From Acidimicrobiia bacterium (lineage in GTDB: Bacteria > Actinomycetota > Acidimicrobiia > IMCC26256 > JBMOIW01): a stretch of 52,416 bases of DNA. Numbering within the stretch: position 1 is the first letter of the stretch; each line of letters begins with the position of its first letter. A program made the position numbers and the translations under genes. Positions 1-8,061 of the stretch are shown in pieces. A model generated the notes under the pieces. That model saw only the letters and a list, made by a program, of their open reading frames with translations. It searched no databases and was not told the DNA's origin. The DNA is taken from the NCBI GenBank assembly GCA_049317145.1, contig JBMOIW010000004.1:1-52416 (forward strand), read 5' to 3'.

Positions 1-151
1 CCGCGTCGTAATCGGCGTTCTCGCGCAGGTCGCCGTGTTCGCGAGCGCGTTCGATCATCTCGGAGATTTCGAGGCGACGCGGTCCGGACCGCCAGGTCAA
101 TTCTTCCTGGAGGCGTTGGTGGGCGGCGGCAGTGAGGTGAGTCTCGGTCAT
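1..151 (-). CDS. greA: Transcription elongation factor GreA, N-terminal part (runs off window start)
   Basis: Manual translation from ATG 151: MTETHLTAAAHQRLQEELTWRSGPRRLEISEMIERAREHGDLRENADYDA, with the GreA GDLxENAxY motif. Not in the ORF track. Confidence 0.93.
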   Translation of the reverse strand, partial: MTETHLTAAAHQRLQEELTWRSGPRRLEISEMIERAREHGDLRENADYDA

Positions 152-229
152 AGCGGCGCAAAGGGTAGTCGCCCGCCCGGCCCAAACACACTTTTCCCGC
201 AGGTATTGGGGAAATCCCGCAAATATTGT

Positions 230-258
230 TTGACACCAGACCGGCCTCCTGCGAGGCT
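230..258 (+). promoter_or_regulatory. Housekeeping sigma-type promoter for the leu/ilv leader
   Basis: TTGACA 230-235, 17-bp spacer, GAGGCT 253-258; leader GTG follows at 267. Confidence 0.6.
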
Positions 259-266
259 CTGAAGCT

Positions 267-296
267 GTGAAGTCCTCCGTCATCATTGTGATTTAA
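267..296 (+). CDS. Attenuator leader peptide MKSSVIIVI
   Basis: GTG AAG TCC TCC GTC ATC ATT GTG ATT TAA: five consecutive Val/Ile codons ahead of branched-chain amino acid genes. Confidence 0.8.
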   Translation: MKSSVIIVI

Positions 297-298
297 CT

Positions 299-356
299 AA
301 CGAGCGCCCCAAAGCGCTCGTTGTCAGCCGTCCACTTTGGTGGGCGGTTTTTTCTT
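299..356 (+). terminator. Attenuator hairpin plus intrinsic terminator
   Basis: AACGAGCGC/GCGCTCGTT stem 299-322; AGCCGTCCAC-TTTG-GTGGGCGGTT stem 326-349 running into a T tract. Confidence 0.8.
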
Positions 357-374
357 GACGAAAAGGGTTATGAA

Positions 375-1349
375 ATGACGCATCGCATCGGGATCATCGG
401 TGGGGACGGCATCGGTCCCGAGGTAACGGCCGAAGCCGAAAAGGCACTGAGCGCTGCCGGCGTGACGTATGCGCGCGTGCCCTACGACTTGGGTGGTGCG
501 CGGTACTTGCGCGATGGCGCCATCCTTCCGGACGAAACGCTTGCCGAGTTGCGCACGTTGGATGCGATTCTGCTGGGCGCCGTCGGGACGCCAGATGTTC
601 CTCCCGGAGTCATTGAACGAGGGCTGTTGTTGCGCTTGCGGTTCGAGCTCGACCTCTTTGCGAACGTTCGTCCGTTTGTTGCTCCGGGCATCGACTTCAT
701 CGTCGTGCGCGAAAACACTGAGGGAACCTACGCCGGTGAGGGCGGGTTTTTGCGCAAAGGCACGCCGAATGAAGTCGCGACGCAAGGGTCGGTCAATACC
801 CGGCTCGGCGTGGAGCGCTGTGTGCGGTACGCGTTTGTGTTGGCGGCTGGGCGCGAGCGGCAACATCTCACGCTGGTGCACAAGACGAACGTGCTGACAT
901 TTGCCGGTGATCTCTGGGAACGCACCTTCCAGGAGGTAGCGCGCGAGTTTCCGAGCGTGACAACTGCCTATACCCACGTCGATGCGGCCTGCATCTATTT
1001 CGTGCAAGACCCCACGCGGTACGACGTCATCGTTACGGACAATCTGTTCGGTGACATCCTCACCGACTTGGGCGGCGCCGTTGCCGGCGGTATTGGGCGG
1101 GCTGCTTCGGCCAACTTGAACCCGGCACGTACCGGCCCGTCATTGTTCGAGCCGGTTCACGGCTCGGCGCCTGATATCGCCGGTACCGGCAAAGCCGATC
1201 CTCGTGCGGCCATCTTGTCTGCCGCAATGCTGGCTGAGTTCCTCGGTGAGACCAAAGCCGCTGCGCGTATCCGAGATGCTGTGATGGCAACCGAAGATGT
1301 TGTGGGTTCGACGGTCGAAGTTGGCGACGCAGTCGCAGGAAGGATCTGA
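375..1349 (+). CDS. leuB: 3-isopropylmalate dehydrogenase
   Basis: [26 protein letters not shown] and [13 protein letters not shown] motifs; ATG 375 follows AAGGG and lies downstream of the attenuator. Confidence 0.93.
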   Translation: MTHRIGIIGGDGIGPEVTAEAEKALSAAGVTYARVPYDLGGARYLRDGAILPDETLAELRTLDAILLGAVGTPDVPPGVIERGLLLRLRFELDLFANVRPFVAPGIDFIVVRENTEGTYAGEGGFLRKGTPNEVATQGSVNTRLGVERCVRYAFVLAAGRERQHLTLVHKTNVLTFAGDLWERTFQEVAREFPSVTTAYTHVDAACIYFVQDPTRYDVIVTDNLFGDILTDLGGAVAGGIGRAASANLNPARTGPSLFEPVHGSAPDIAGTGKADPRAAILSAAMLAEFLGETKAAARIRDAVMATEDVVGSTVEVGDAVAGRI

Positions 1350-1351
1350 TC

Positions 1352-2269
1352 ATGCCGATCGAAAAGACCGCCAAGATTTGGATGGATGGCGAGTTCGTTC
1401 CATGGGACGACGCCAACGTGCACGTATTGACGCACTCGTTGCACTACGGCATGGGTGTGTTCGAAGGAATTCGTGCGTACCCGACGACGAATGGGCCAGC
1501 GATCTTCCGCCTGGCGGATCACGTTCGCCGCCTTCGCGCAAGCGCGCATCTTTTCATGATGGACACGCCCTATTCGGCGGACGAACTTTGTGATGCGATC
1601 AAAGCCACGGTTCGCGTCAACGACGTTGAGAGCTGCTACATCCGGCCACTTATTTACCTCGGGTACGGAGAAATGGGGCTCAACCCGCTGCCGTGTTCGG
1701 TGAATGTGGCGATCGCCATCTGGCCGTGGGGTTCGTATCTTGGCGACGAGGGGGTCAAGAACGGCGTCCGGATGAAAGTGTCTTCGTGGCGGCGCATGGA
1801 TCCCAACGTCAATCCCGTCGCGGCCAAGGGCACGGGTATCTACATCAACTCGTCGTTGGCGAAAGTCGAAGCGCTCAAGGCTGGTTACGACGAAGCCATC
1901 ATGTTGAACACGCAGGGATTCGTGGCCGAATGCACGGGCGAGAATGTTTTTATTGTCAAGAACGGCAAGCTGATTACGCCGCCATTATCTGCGGGTGCAC
2001 TCGACGGGATTACGCGCGATTCCGTGATGACGATCGCTCGCGACCTCGGGATCGAAGTGGTCACCGAGAACTTGCTGCGCCATGACCTATACCTGGCCGA
2101 TGAGGCATTCTGTACCGGCACCGCCGCCGAAGTCGTCCCGATTCGCAGCGTGGATGACCGCGAAATTGGTCCGCCCGGCGAAGTCACCCGAAAGATTCAA
2201 GAGGTCTATCAAGCCGCAGTTCACGGACACGTCGAGCAGTACAAGGACTGGCTCGAGTACGTCCGTTAA
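1352..2269 (+). CDS. ilvE: Branched-chain amino acid aminotransferase
   Basis: LHYGMGVFEGIRAY, CYIRP, ECTGENVF, LDGITR and GTAAEVVP (class IV PLP aminotransferase). Confidence 0.95.
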   Translation: MPIEKTAKIWMDGEFVPWDDANVHVLTHSLHYGMGVFEGIRAYPTTNGPAIFRLADHVRRLRASAHLFMMDTPYSADELCDAIKATVRVNDVESCYIRPLIYLGYGEMGLNPLPCSVNVAIAIWPWGSYLGDEGVKNGVRMKVSSWRRMDPNVNPVAAKGTGIYINSSLAKVEALKAGYDEAIMLNTQGFVAECTGENVFIVKNGKLITPPLSAGALDGITRDSVMTIARDLGIEVVTENLLRHDLYLADEAFCTGTAAEVVPIRSVDDREIGPPGEVTRKIQEVYQAAVHGHVEQYKDWLEYVR

Positions 2270-2287
2270 TCAATTCGGAGCACTGTC

Positions 2288-3883
2288 ATGAGCGAAATGC
2301 GACGCATCGAGATTTACGACACGACCCTGCGCGACGGAAGCCAACTCGAAGGCATTTCGTTGACGGTCGAAGACAAGCTGCGCATTGCGGAACAGCTCGA
2401 CAGTCTTGGGGTCGATTACATCGAGGCGGGCTGGCCGGGAGCGAATCCGAAGGACGACGAGTTCTTCCAGCGTGCGCCGAGCGAACTGCACCTGACGAAT
2501 GCAACGTTGGTGGCCTTTGGCTCCACGCGGCGCGCCAAGGGCAAAGTCGATTCCGATGAAACGCTGCGCCACTTGGTCGTGTCGGGTGCAGGGACGGTGT
2601 GCATCGTCGGTAAGAGTTGGGATTACCACGTCACCGAGGCGCTCCAGACCACGCTCGACGAAGGCGTTGCGATGGTGGGCGATTCTGTTGCGCATCTTGC
2701 GCAGGTGGGGCTCGAAGTCTTCTTCGATGCCGAGCACTTTTTCGACGGCTACAAGCACAATTCGGAATTCGCACTGCGTGTGCTTGAAGCAGCGGTGACC
2801 AACGGCGCAACCCGGCTCGTGCTTTGCGACACGAACGGCGGTTCGTTGCCGCACGAAGTCGAAGCCATCGTCAGCGATGTGGTGCGCTATTTCGGTCCGG
2901 TCGTGGGTGTGCATTTGCATGACGACGCGGGGACCGGTGTTGCCAATGCGTTGGCGGGTGTGCGGGCCGGTGCTGTACAGGTGCAAGGAACCATCAACGG
3001 CTACGGCGAGCGGACCGGTAACTGCAACCTCACGAGCATTATTCCGGCGCTGACGTGCAAGATGAGTCTCGAAACTGGTGTCGCGCTCGAACGTCTGACT
3101 CCCGTGGCGCATCACGTGGCCGAGCTCGTCAACATGCCCGTGAACCCACAAGCCCCCTACGTGGGTTCGTCGGCGTTCGCGCACAAGGCGGGGTTGCACG
3201 TGAGCGCCATTGCGCGTCGACCGGATGCGTATGAGCACCTCAATCCCGAGCGCGTCGGTAATGGCACGCGCTTTGTGGTCAGCGAGCTCGCCGGGAAGTC
3301 CACCATTGTGCTCAAAGCCAAAGAACTCGGCCTCGACCTCGATGGAACGACCGTGAACACCGTCGTGGATCGCCTCAAACATCTCGAACACGAGGGGTAT
3401 CACTTCGAGGTGGCGGATGGTTCGCTCGAGTTGTTGATGCGGCGCGCCTCGGGTTGGGAGCAGCCGTGGTTTCGGGTCGAGAGCTTCCGGGTTATCACCG
3501 ACGAACCCGAAGCTGATCTCGAGGCGTACGAAGCGTCCGAGACGTTCACCACGGAAGCCACCGTCAAAGTCTGGGTTGGCGACCAGCGCTTCGTGACGAC
3601 TTGTGAGGGCAATGGACCGGTGAACGCACTCGACGGCGCGTTGCGCAAAGCAATCGCCCCGATGTACCCGGAGCTCAGCCGGATCCATCTGGCGGACTAC
3701 AGGGTGCGGGTCCTCGACACCCAAAAGGGAACGGGGGCAATCACGCGCGTGCTCATCGATTCCACCAACGGCGAAACGCGCTGGACGACCATCGGGGTGA
3801 GCAACAACATCATCGAAGCGTCGTGGCAGGCCTTGGCGGACTCGATCGTTGTGGGGTTGCTCCGCGCCCAGGCGCGGGGCTGA
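2288..3883 (+). CDS. cimA: Citramalate synthase
   Basis: YDTTLRDGSQLEG, GWPGANPKD, FDAEHFFDG, AHKAGLH and C-terminal GNGPVNALD. Confidence 0.9.
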   Translation: MSEMRRIEIYDTTLRDGSQLEGISLTVEDKLRIAEQLDSLGVDYIEAGWPGANPKDDEFFQRAPSELHLTNATLVAFGSTRRAKGKVDSDETLRHLVVSGAGTVCIVGKSWDYHVTEALQTTLDEGVAMVGDSVAHLAQVGLEVFFDAEHFFDGYKHNSEFALRVLEAAVTNGATRLVLCDTNGGSLPHEVEAIVSDVVRYFGPVVGVHLHDDAGTGVANALAGVRAGAVQVQGTINGYGERTGNCNLTSIIPALTCKMSLETGVALERLTPVAHHVAELVNMPVNPQAPYVGSSAFAHKAGLHVSAIARRPDAYEHLNPERVGNGTRFVVSELAGKSTIVLKAKELGLDLDGTTVNTVVDRLKHLEHEGYHFEVADGSLELLMRRASGWEQPWFRVESFRVITDEPEADLEAYEASETFTTEATVKVWVGDQRFVTTCEGNGPVNALDGALRKAIAPMYPELSRIHLADYRVRVLDTQKGTGAITRVLIDSTNGETRWTTIGVSNNIIEASWQALADSIVVGLLRAQARG

Positions 3884-3897
3884 GTAATCTCCGAGTC

Positions 3898-4467
3898 GTG
3901 GCTACCGATCCGTTTATCGCACCCGAACTCGCCGACACGCCGCGGCAAGAGCCGAACCTCACGCCCGGCGTCAGCGTTCCTCCGGCGCGGCCGTGGCGCA
4001 CGGGTCGCCCCGGCGACGCAGTGGCGAATGGGCAACCCGAAGGTCCGCTGCTCGGGAACCCGGGCCCGAACGTGGGGTTTGCGGTCAAGCTCGTCCATCA
4101 CGTGCACGCATCGCTGCAGTTGGCGGTCGGCGAACATGATCACGACGTCGAAGCGGTTTTGTCGGCAATTGCGATGAAGCGCGCCGCGGCGTTTGGCCGT
4201 GCGCCGATGATCGACGATGTGCGTATCGCCGGCGAGTTGCTCGGCTATCTCGATCCGGCGCCCGCGGATTTTGTGACGTGGCGAGTACACGCAGTGCACG
4301 ATGCCGGGCACTCGTACCCAGTGCGGCGATCCGTAGTCGATGGGATCGACGAGGCCTATCTCAAACAGCCCGCGGCGAAAGTTCGCGAGGCCTATGCCCT
4401 GGCTCGGCATCGGTTGCAGCATGGCTGGCCGGGTCCCGATCTGCCGGAAATTCTTGTAACGCCCTAG
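3898..4467 (+). CDS. Hypothetical protein
   Basis: Gene-like ORF 14 bp after cimA; GTG 3898 chosen to avoid overlap. Confidence 0.65.
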   Translation: MATDPFIAPELADTPRQEPNLTPGVSVPPARPWRTGRPGDAVANGQPEGPLLGNPGPNVGFAVKLVHHVHASLQLAVGEHDHDVEAVLSAIAMKRAAAFGRAPMIDDVRIAGELLGYLDPAPADFVTWRVHAVHDAGHSYPVRRSVVDGIDEAYLKQPAAKVREAYALARHRLQHGWPGPDLPEILVTP

Positions 4468-4471
4468 GGCG

Positions 4472-4753
4472 TCACGGGCATGCACACGGCATCGCCGAGC
4501 AGACCGGGCATCCCTGCGCGTAGCGCTGGACCGCGTCCTCGATGCGCAATCCGAGTTGGGCGGCGAGCGATGTCACCCACGCCAACACGTCGCCGATCTC
4601 GTGGAGCTGCTGTTCCGGTGTGCCTTTGCGCACCGCTTGCGCGAGCTCGCCGATTTCTTCGGTGAGCCATGCGATGGTTTCGGCGATACCGCGGTCAGCG
4701 TCACGTTCGCCGTAGGTGTTGGTGATCACGTCTTGGAAAGTGTCGAGGTCCAT
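4472..4753 (-). CDS. MazG-like nucleotide pyrophosphohydrolase
   Basis: WLTEEIGELAQAVRK...HEIGDVLAW (EExxE...ExxD); C-terminal CPVCxxxPCxC. Confidence 0.85.
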   Translation of the reverse strand: MDLDTFQDVITNTYGERDADRGIAETIAWLTEEIGELAQAVRKGTPEQQLHEIGDVLAWVTSLAAQLGLRIEDAVQRYAQGCPVCSAMPCACP

Positions 4754-4808
4754 GGGCGCACGGTAGTCGCCCCGCAGCAGCGCTCGGATCCGCCTGTAGG
4801 CTCCCCGC

Positions 4809-6227
4809 ATGACAATCCGCACTCGCATGGCCCCATCGCCGACCGGCGCAATTCACGTCGGCACTGCGCGCACGGCACTGTTCAATTTCTTGTTCGCCCG
4901 CCACAACGGTGGTGCGTTTTTGTTTCGCATCGAAGACACCGACACTGGGCGCTCGAGCGACGAACACATCACGTCGTTCATGGACACGCTCCACTGGTTG
5001 GGCATCGATTGGGACGAGACGCCAATGCGCCAAAGCGAGCGCTTCGACGTGTACCTCGATACGGCCCAGCAACTCTTGGCCTCCGGGCATGCTTACCGCT
5101 GCTACTGCACCGAAGACGAAGTTCGTGCGCGCAACGACGAACTTATGACTGCGGGGAAGACTCCGGGCTACGACGGTCGCTGTCGCGACCTCACCGATGT
5201 GCAGCGGCAAGCATTTGAGGCCGAAGGTCGCCCGAGTTCGATCCGATTTCGCACCCCTGACGAAGGCGTATCAACGTTTGAGGACGCAATACGGGGAACC
5301 GTCAGCGTTGAGTGGTCGCACATTCCGGACTTTGTCATTGTGCGCTCGAACGGTGTGCCGATGTTCTTCTTGGCGAATGCCGTCGATGACATTGCCCAGC
5401 AGGTAACGCACGCATTGCGCGGCGCGGACATTCTCGACACGACGCACCGCGTGTTGGCTATTCGCAATGCGCTCGGGATTACAGAACCGATTGTCTACGC
5501 CCACCTTCCGCTGATCTTGGCGCCCGAGGGCGGCAAGTTGAGCAAGCGACATGGTGCAGTTGCGGTCGAGGAATTCCGTGCGGCGGGTTTTTTGCCCGAG
5601 GCGATCATCAACTACATCGCGCTGTTGGGCTGGGCGCCGCCGGGAGATGACGAGATCTTGTCGATGGACGAGATGATCGCCAATTTCTCGCTCGAGCGAG
5701 TGAGTCATTCCTCGGCAGTGTTTGACGCGCAGAAACTCTTGTGGCTTAACGGGGAGCACCTGCGGCGCTTGCCGACCGAAGAATTGATGCGGCGGATCGA
5801 GGTGCAGGCCAAAGAGCGCTTCGGGGGTGCCTTCGATGCAGCCGTGTTTGCTGCCGCAGTGCAACTCGGACAAGAGCGTGCGACGACAATGAACGCGCTC
5901 TTGGACCAAATGGCATTTCTCTTCGTGGAGGACGCAGCGTTTTTCATTGCCGAAGAGTCGTGGGAGAAGCTTGTCGCAACGGAGCGAGTGGCCGAGACGC
6001 TCGACGCCGTTATTGCGCACGTTTCGAGGTGCGCGTGGACGCCCGAGGCCATTGACCTGCGGCCGGTTCTGGACGACATCGGGCTCAAGGCGCGCAAGAC
6101 CATGCCGGCGATTTATGCCGCAGTCGAGGGGAGTCACACCGGCTTGCCGCTTTTTGACTCCATTGCATTGCTCGGTCGGGAGCGCTCGATAGCCCGGTTG
6201 CAGGCGGCTCGAACCCGCCTTGGCTAG
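4809..6227 (+). CDS. gltX: Glutamyl-tRNA synthetase
   Basis: RMAPSPTG, HVGT (HIGH motif), RIEDTD, KLSKR (KMSKS motif); next to tRNA-Gln and tRNA-Glu. Confidence 0.95.
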   Translation: MTIRTRMAPSPTGAIHVGTARTALFNFLFARHNGGAFLFRIEDTDTGRSSDEHITSFMDTLHWLGIDWDETPMRQSERFDVYLDTAQQLLASGHAYRCYCTEDEVRARNDELMTAGKTPGYDGRCRDLTDVQRQAFEAEGRPSSIRFRTPDEGVSTFEDAIRGTVSVEWSHIPDFVIVRSNGVPMFFLANAVDDIAQQVTHALRGADILDTTHRVLAIRNALGITEPIVYAHLPLILAPEGGKLSKRHGAVAVEEFRAAGFLPEAIINYIALLGWAPPGDDEILSMDEMIANFSLERVSHSSAVFDAQKLLWLNGEHLRRLPTEELMRRIEVQAKERFGGAFDAAVFAAAVQLGQERATTMNALLDQMAFLFVEDAAFFIAEESWEKLVATERVAETLDAVIAHVSRCAWTPEAIDLRPVLDDIGLKARKTMPAIYAAVEGSHTGLPLFDSIALLGRERSIARLQAARTRLG

Positions 6228-6308
6228 GGCTGCGTTGACGCCCGACACGTTTTGGTTTGTGCGGACTACAGTCTTTGCTCGCTCCCGTGACTAACGGAGG
6301 GTCCACCT

Positions 6309-6380
6309 TCGGGGGTGGTGTAATTGGCAACACAACGGGTTCTGGTCCCGTTATTGAGGGTTCGAGTCCTTCCCCCCGAG
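6309..6380 (+). tRNA. tRNA-Gln (anticodon CTG)
   Basis: Acceptor TCGGGGG/CCCCCGA, anticodon arm ACGGG-TTCTGGT-CCCGT, T loop TTCGAGT; CCA not encoded. Confidence 0.95.
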
Positions 6381-6406
6381 CGCAATACATAGCAACATCG
6401 CAGCCT

Positions 6407-6479
6407 GGCCCCGTCGTCTAGTGGCCTAGGACGTCGCCCTCTCAAGGCGGTAACGGCAGTTCGAATCTGCTCGGGGCTG
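6407..6479 (+). tRNA. tRNA-Glu (anticodon CTC)
   Basis: Acceptor GGCCCCG/CGGGGCT, anticodon arm TCGCC-CTCTCAA-GGCGG, T loop TTCGAAT; CCA not encoded. Confidence 0.95.
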
Positions 6480-6524
6480 CAATGAAAAGAAGTCCACGCC
6501 TTCGGCGTGGACTTCTTTTCATTG
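6480..6524. terminator. Bidirectional intrinsic terminator
   Basis: Perfect 21-bp inverted repeat CAATGAAAAGAAGTCCACGCC-TTC-GGCGTGGACTTCTTTTCATTG directly after tRNA-Glu. Confidence 0.85.
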
Positions 6525-7296
6525 TGGTCGTGTGTGGGTGAGAAGTCTGTTTTAGGGGCCCGCTCCCGAGTTTGTTGCGAGGGAGTGGGCTTCGTCACTT
6601 GTTGGGCTACGCGTGTCTTCGGTACTGCCTGCCGTTGATACAGCCTTCATGTCGCAGTGATGGTTTGGGCAGTGATCAGTGCGGTATGCGTGAGGCGAGA
6701 GTCTCCGCACTGTTGGGAGTTCCGTTTGGCAACCTTTGCAGGCGTCTTCGGAGAACGGAACATCAAGCGCCTTTTGGATTCTGTTCGTCCCTCGGCGTCT
6801 CGGTGATGGACACTCACTGCCGATTCAGGTGAGCGAGGCGCGCAAGCGCGCTCATCCGCTCGCTGATCGAGGTGACCATGCGTGTGGCTCGTACGCAGTG
6901 TGTGCGAGGGCTCGTGGCTGCGTGCGTTTCCGATGTAGTCGGCCGCAAACGCAGGTTGTGGAAAACTTTCAAAAGTGGCCTGTGGCCTGCAGATTTGCGC
7001 CCAGGATTTTGGATGAGGTGCAGGGTGTAACGCGTCGGTGAATTGGCGCGCACCTCCCCGCTGTCCCGCGCAACGCGCGGACGCAAATGCGTTGCGTGTG
7101 CACATCACGCGTGTGTTGCGCGTGCCTTGAACCCTGCATATCCACCACTTGCGCGTGAGTGCATGTAAAAGTTTCAGTTGCCAACGAGGTGGAGCGTGTT
7201 GCACATCGTTTGCGAAATGTTCGTAGAAAGACTTGACGTCGGTAAACTCATAGAGTTCGATTCTCCGGACGACATGTGTCGTCGTGGGAGGTATGT

Positions 7297-7566
7297 GTGA
7301 ACAACTCAGACCTCAACGGTGAGGTCCTGATGATTCGAGCGGCGAGTAGTTGCACTCGACGGGCGAACGCAACGTTCACAATGACGGGTAACGCAGCAAC
7401 ACTGCGTTCGGCCCGCACCTTCTCGTTCTCGTGTTCTCCAATCCACGTAGTCGCATCCCCTTGCCGCGCTCGTATCGGATTGGTTCGGATCGCTTCGGCG
7501 ACATGCACTTCCCTCGTGCGTGATCGTCGTTGCCCAGAAGGCCGGTGGTTCTCCTAACGAGATTCA
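7297..7566 (+). pseudogene. Putative decayed HU domain of an ancestral hupB-like gene
   Basis: SD GGGAGG then GTG; MNNSDLNGEV resembles the HU start; RARIG at codons 57-61; VVAQKAGGSPNEI (compare VPAFKAG..LKE) at HU-like spacing and in frame with the Lys-rich tail; hupB syntenic position. Judged by eye. Confidence 0.4.
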
Positions 7567-7627
7567 TCGTGCTCAGCTGTCGCAACCTGCGCCAGCGCTT
7601 TCCAACCCAGAGAGAAAGGTGGTGACC

Positions 7628-8005
7628 GTGCCTCCCGCAAAGAAGACAGCAAAGAAGGCTGCGGCCAAGAAGACAACCGCTCGGAAGAGCACCCGTAAGG
7701 TAGCGGCGAAGAAGACCGCTGCGAAGAAGACAACGGCACGGAAGCCGGCTCGTCGGAAGAAGGCTGCGGCGAAGAAGGCTGCCCCTGCGAAGAAGGCGAC
7801 CAAGCGTCGCACTCGCAAGGCAACTGCATCGAAGGCTGCCCCGGCGAAGAAGGCGACCAAGCGTCGGAAGAAGGCTGCGGCGAAGAAGGCTGCTCCTGCG
7901 AAGAAGGCGACCAAGCGTCGTACTCGCAAGACTGCAGCAAAGAAGGCTGCTCCTGCGAAGAAGACGGCAAAGCGTCGTACCCGCAAGGCAGCAAAGCGTA
8001 AATAA
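7628..8005 (+). CDS. Histone H1-like Lys/Ala/Arg-rich protein (PAKKA repeats, no HU domain), 125 aa
   Basis: SD AGAAAGGTGG then GTG 7628; repeated AKKAAPAKKATKRR units; strong AAG codon use; terminator follows. Confidence 0.85.
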   Translation: MPPAKKTAKKAAAKKTTARKSTRKVAAKKTAAKKTTARKPARRKKAAAKKAAPAKKATKRRTRKATASKAAPAKKATKRRKKAAAKKAAPAKKATKRRTRKTAAKKAAPAKKTAKRRTRKAAKRK

Positions 8006-8035
8006 CGCTTTCGCTGAAGCTGAGTGTGTGTTGTG

Positions 8036-8061
8036 ACGGAGGGGGCCGCGGCCCCCTCCGT
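8036..8061. terminator. GC-rich hairpin between convergent genes
   Basis: ACGGAGGGGGC-CGCG-GCCCCCTCCGT, perfect 11-bp stem. Confidence 0.7.

Noticed and set aside
2270-3724. Long antisense and alternative-frame ORFs (also 5271-6248, 12247-13665, 15278-16339, 25244-26323, 41653-42624)
   Set aside because: Shadows of well-supported genes, expected from high GC3 codon bias; no recognisable motifs.
4472-4753. MazG as part of a toxin-antitoxin or anti-phage system
   Set aside because: No mazEF or defence partners; housekeeping context divergent from gltX.
6309-6524. Integrated element at the tRNA genes
   Set aside because: No integrase, no duplicated tRNA 3' end noticed, and core gene order resumes at cofC/gpsA.
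6957-6965. DnaA box-like TGTGGAAAA suggesting an origin
   Set aside because: Single imperfect box; no cluster, AT-rich unwinding region or dnaA/dnaN.
7327-7370. Hammerhead ribozyme core (CTGATGA at 7327-7333)
   Set aside because: The following stem is not followed by GAAA, and I could not build stems I and III.
7297-7557. 86-aa Cys/Ser/Thr-rich ORF as a RiPP precursor
   Set aside because: No modifying enzymes or transporter nearby and atypical codon use; a decayed HU domain or structured leader explains it better.
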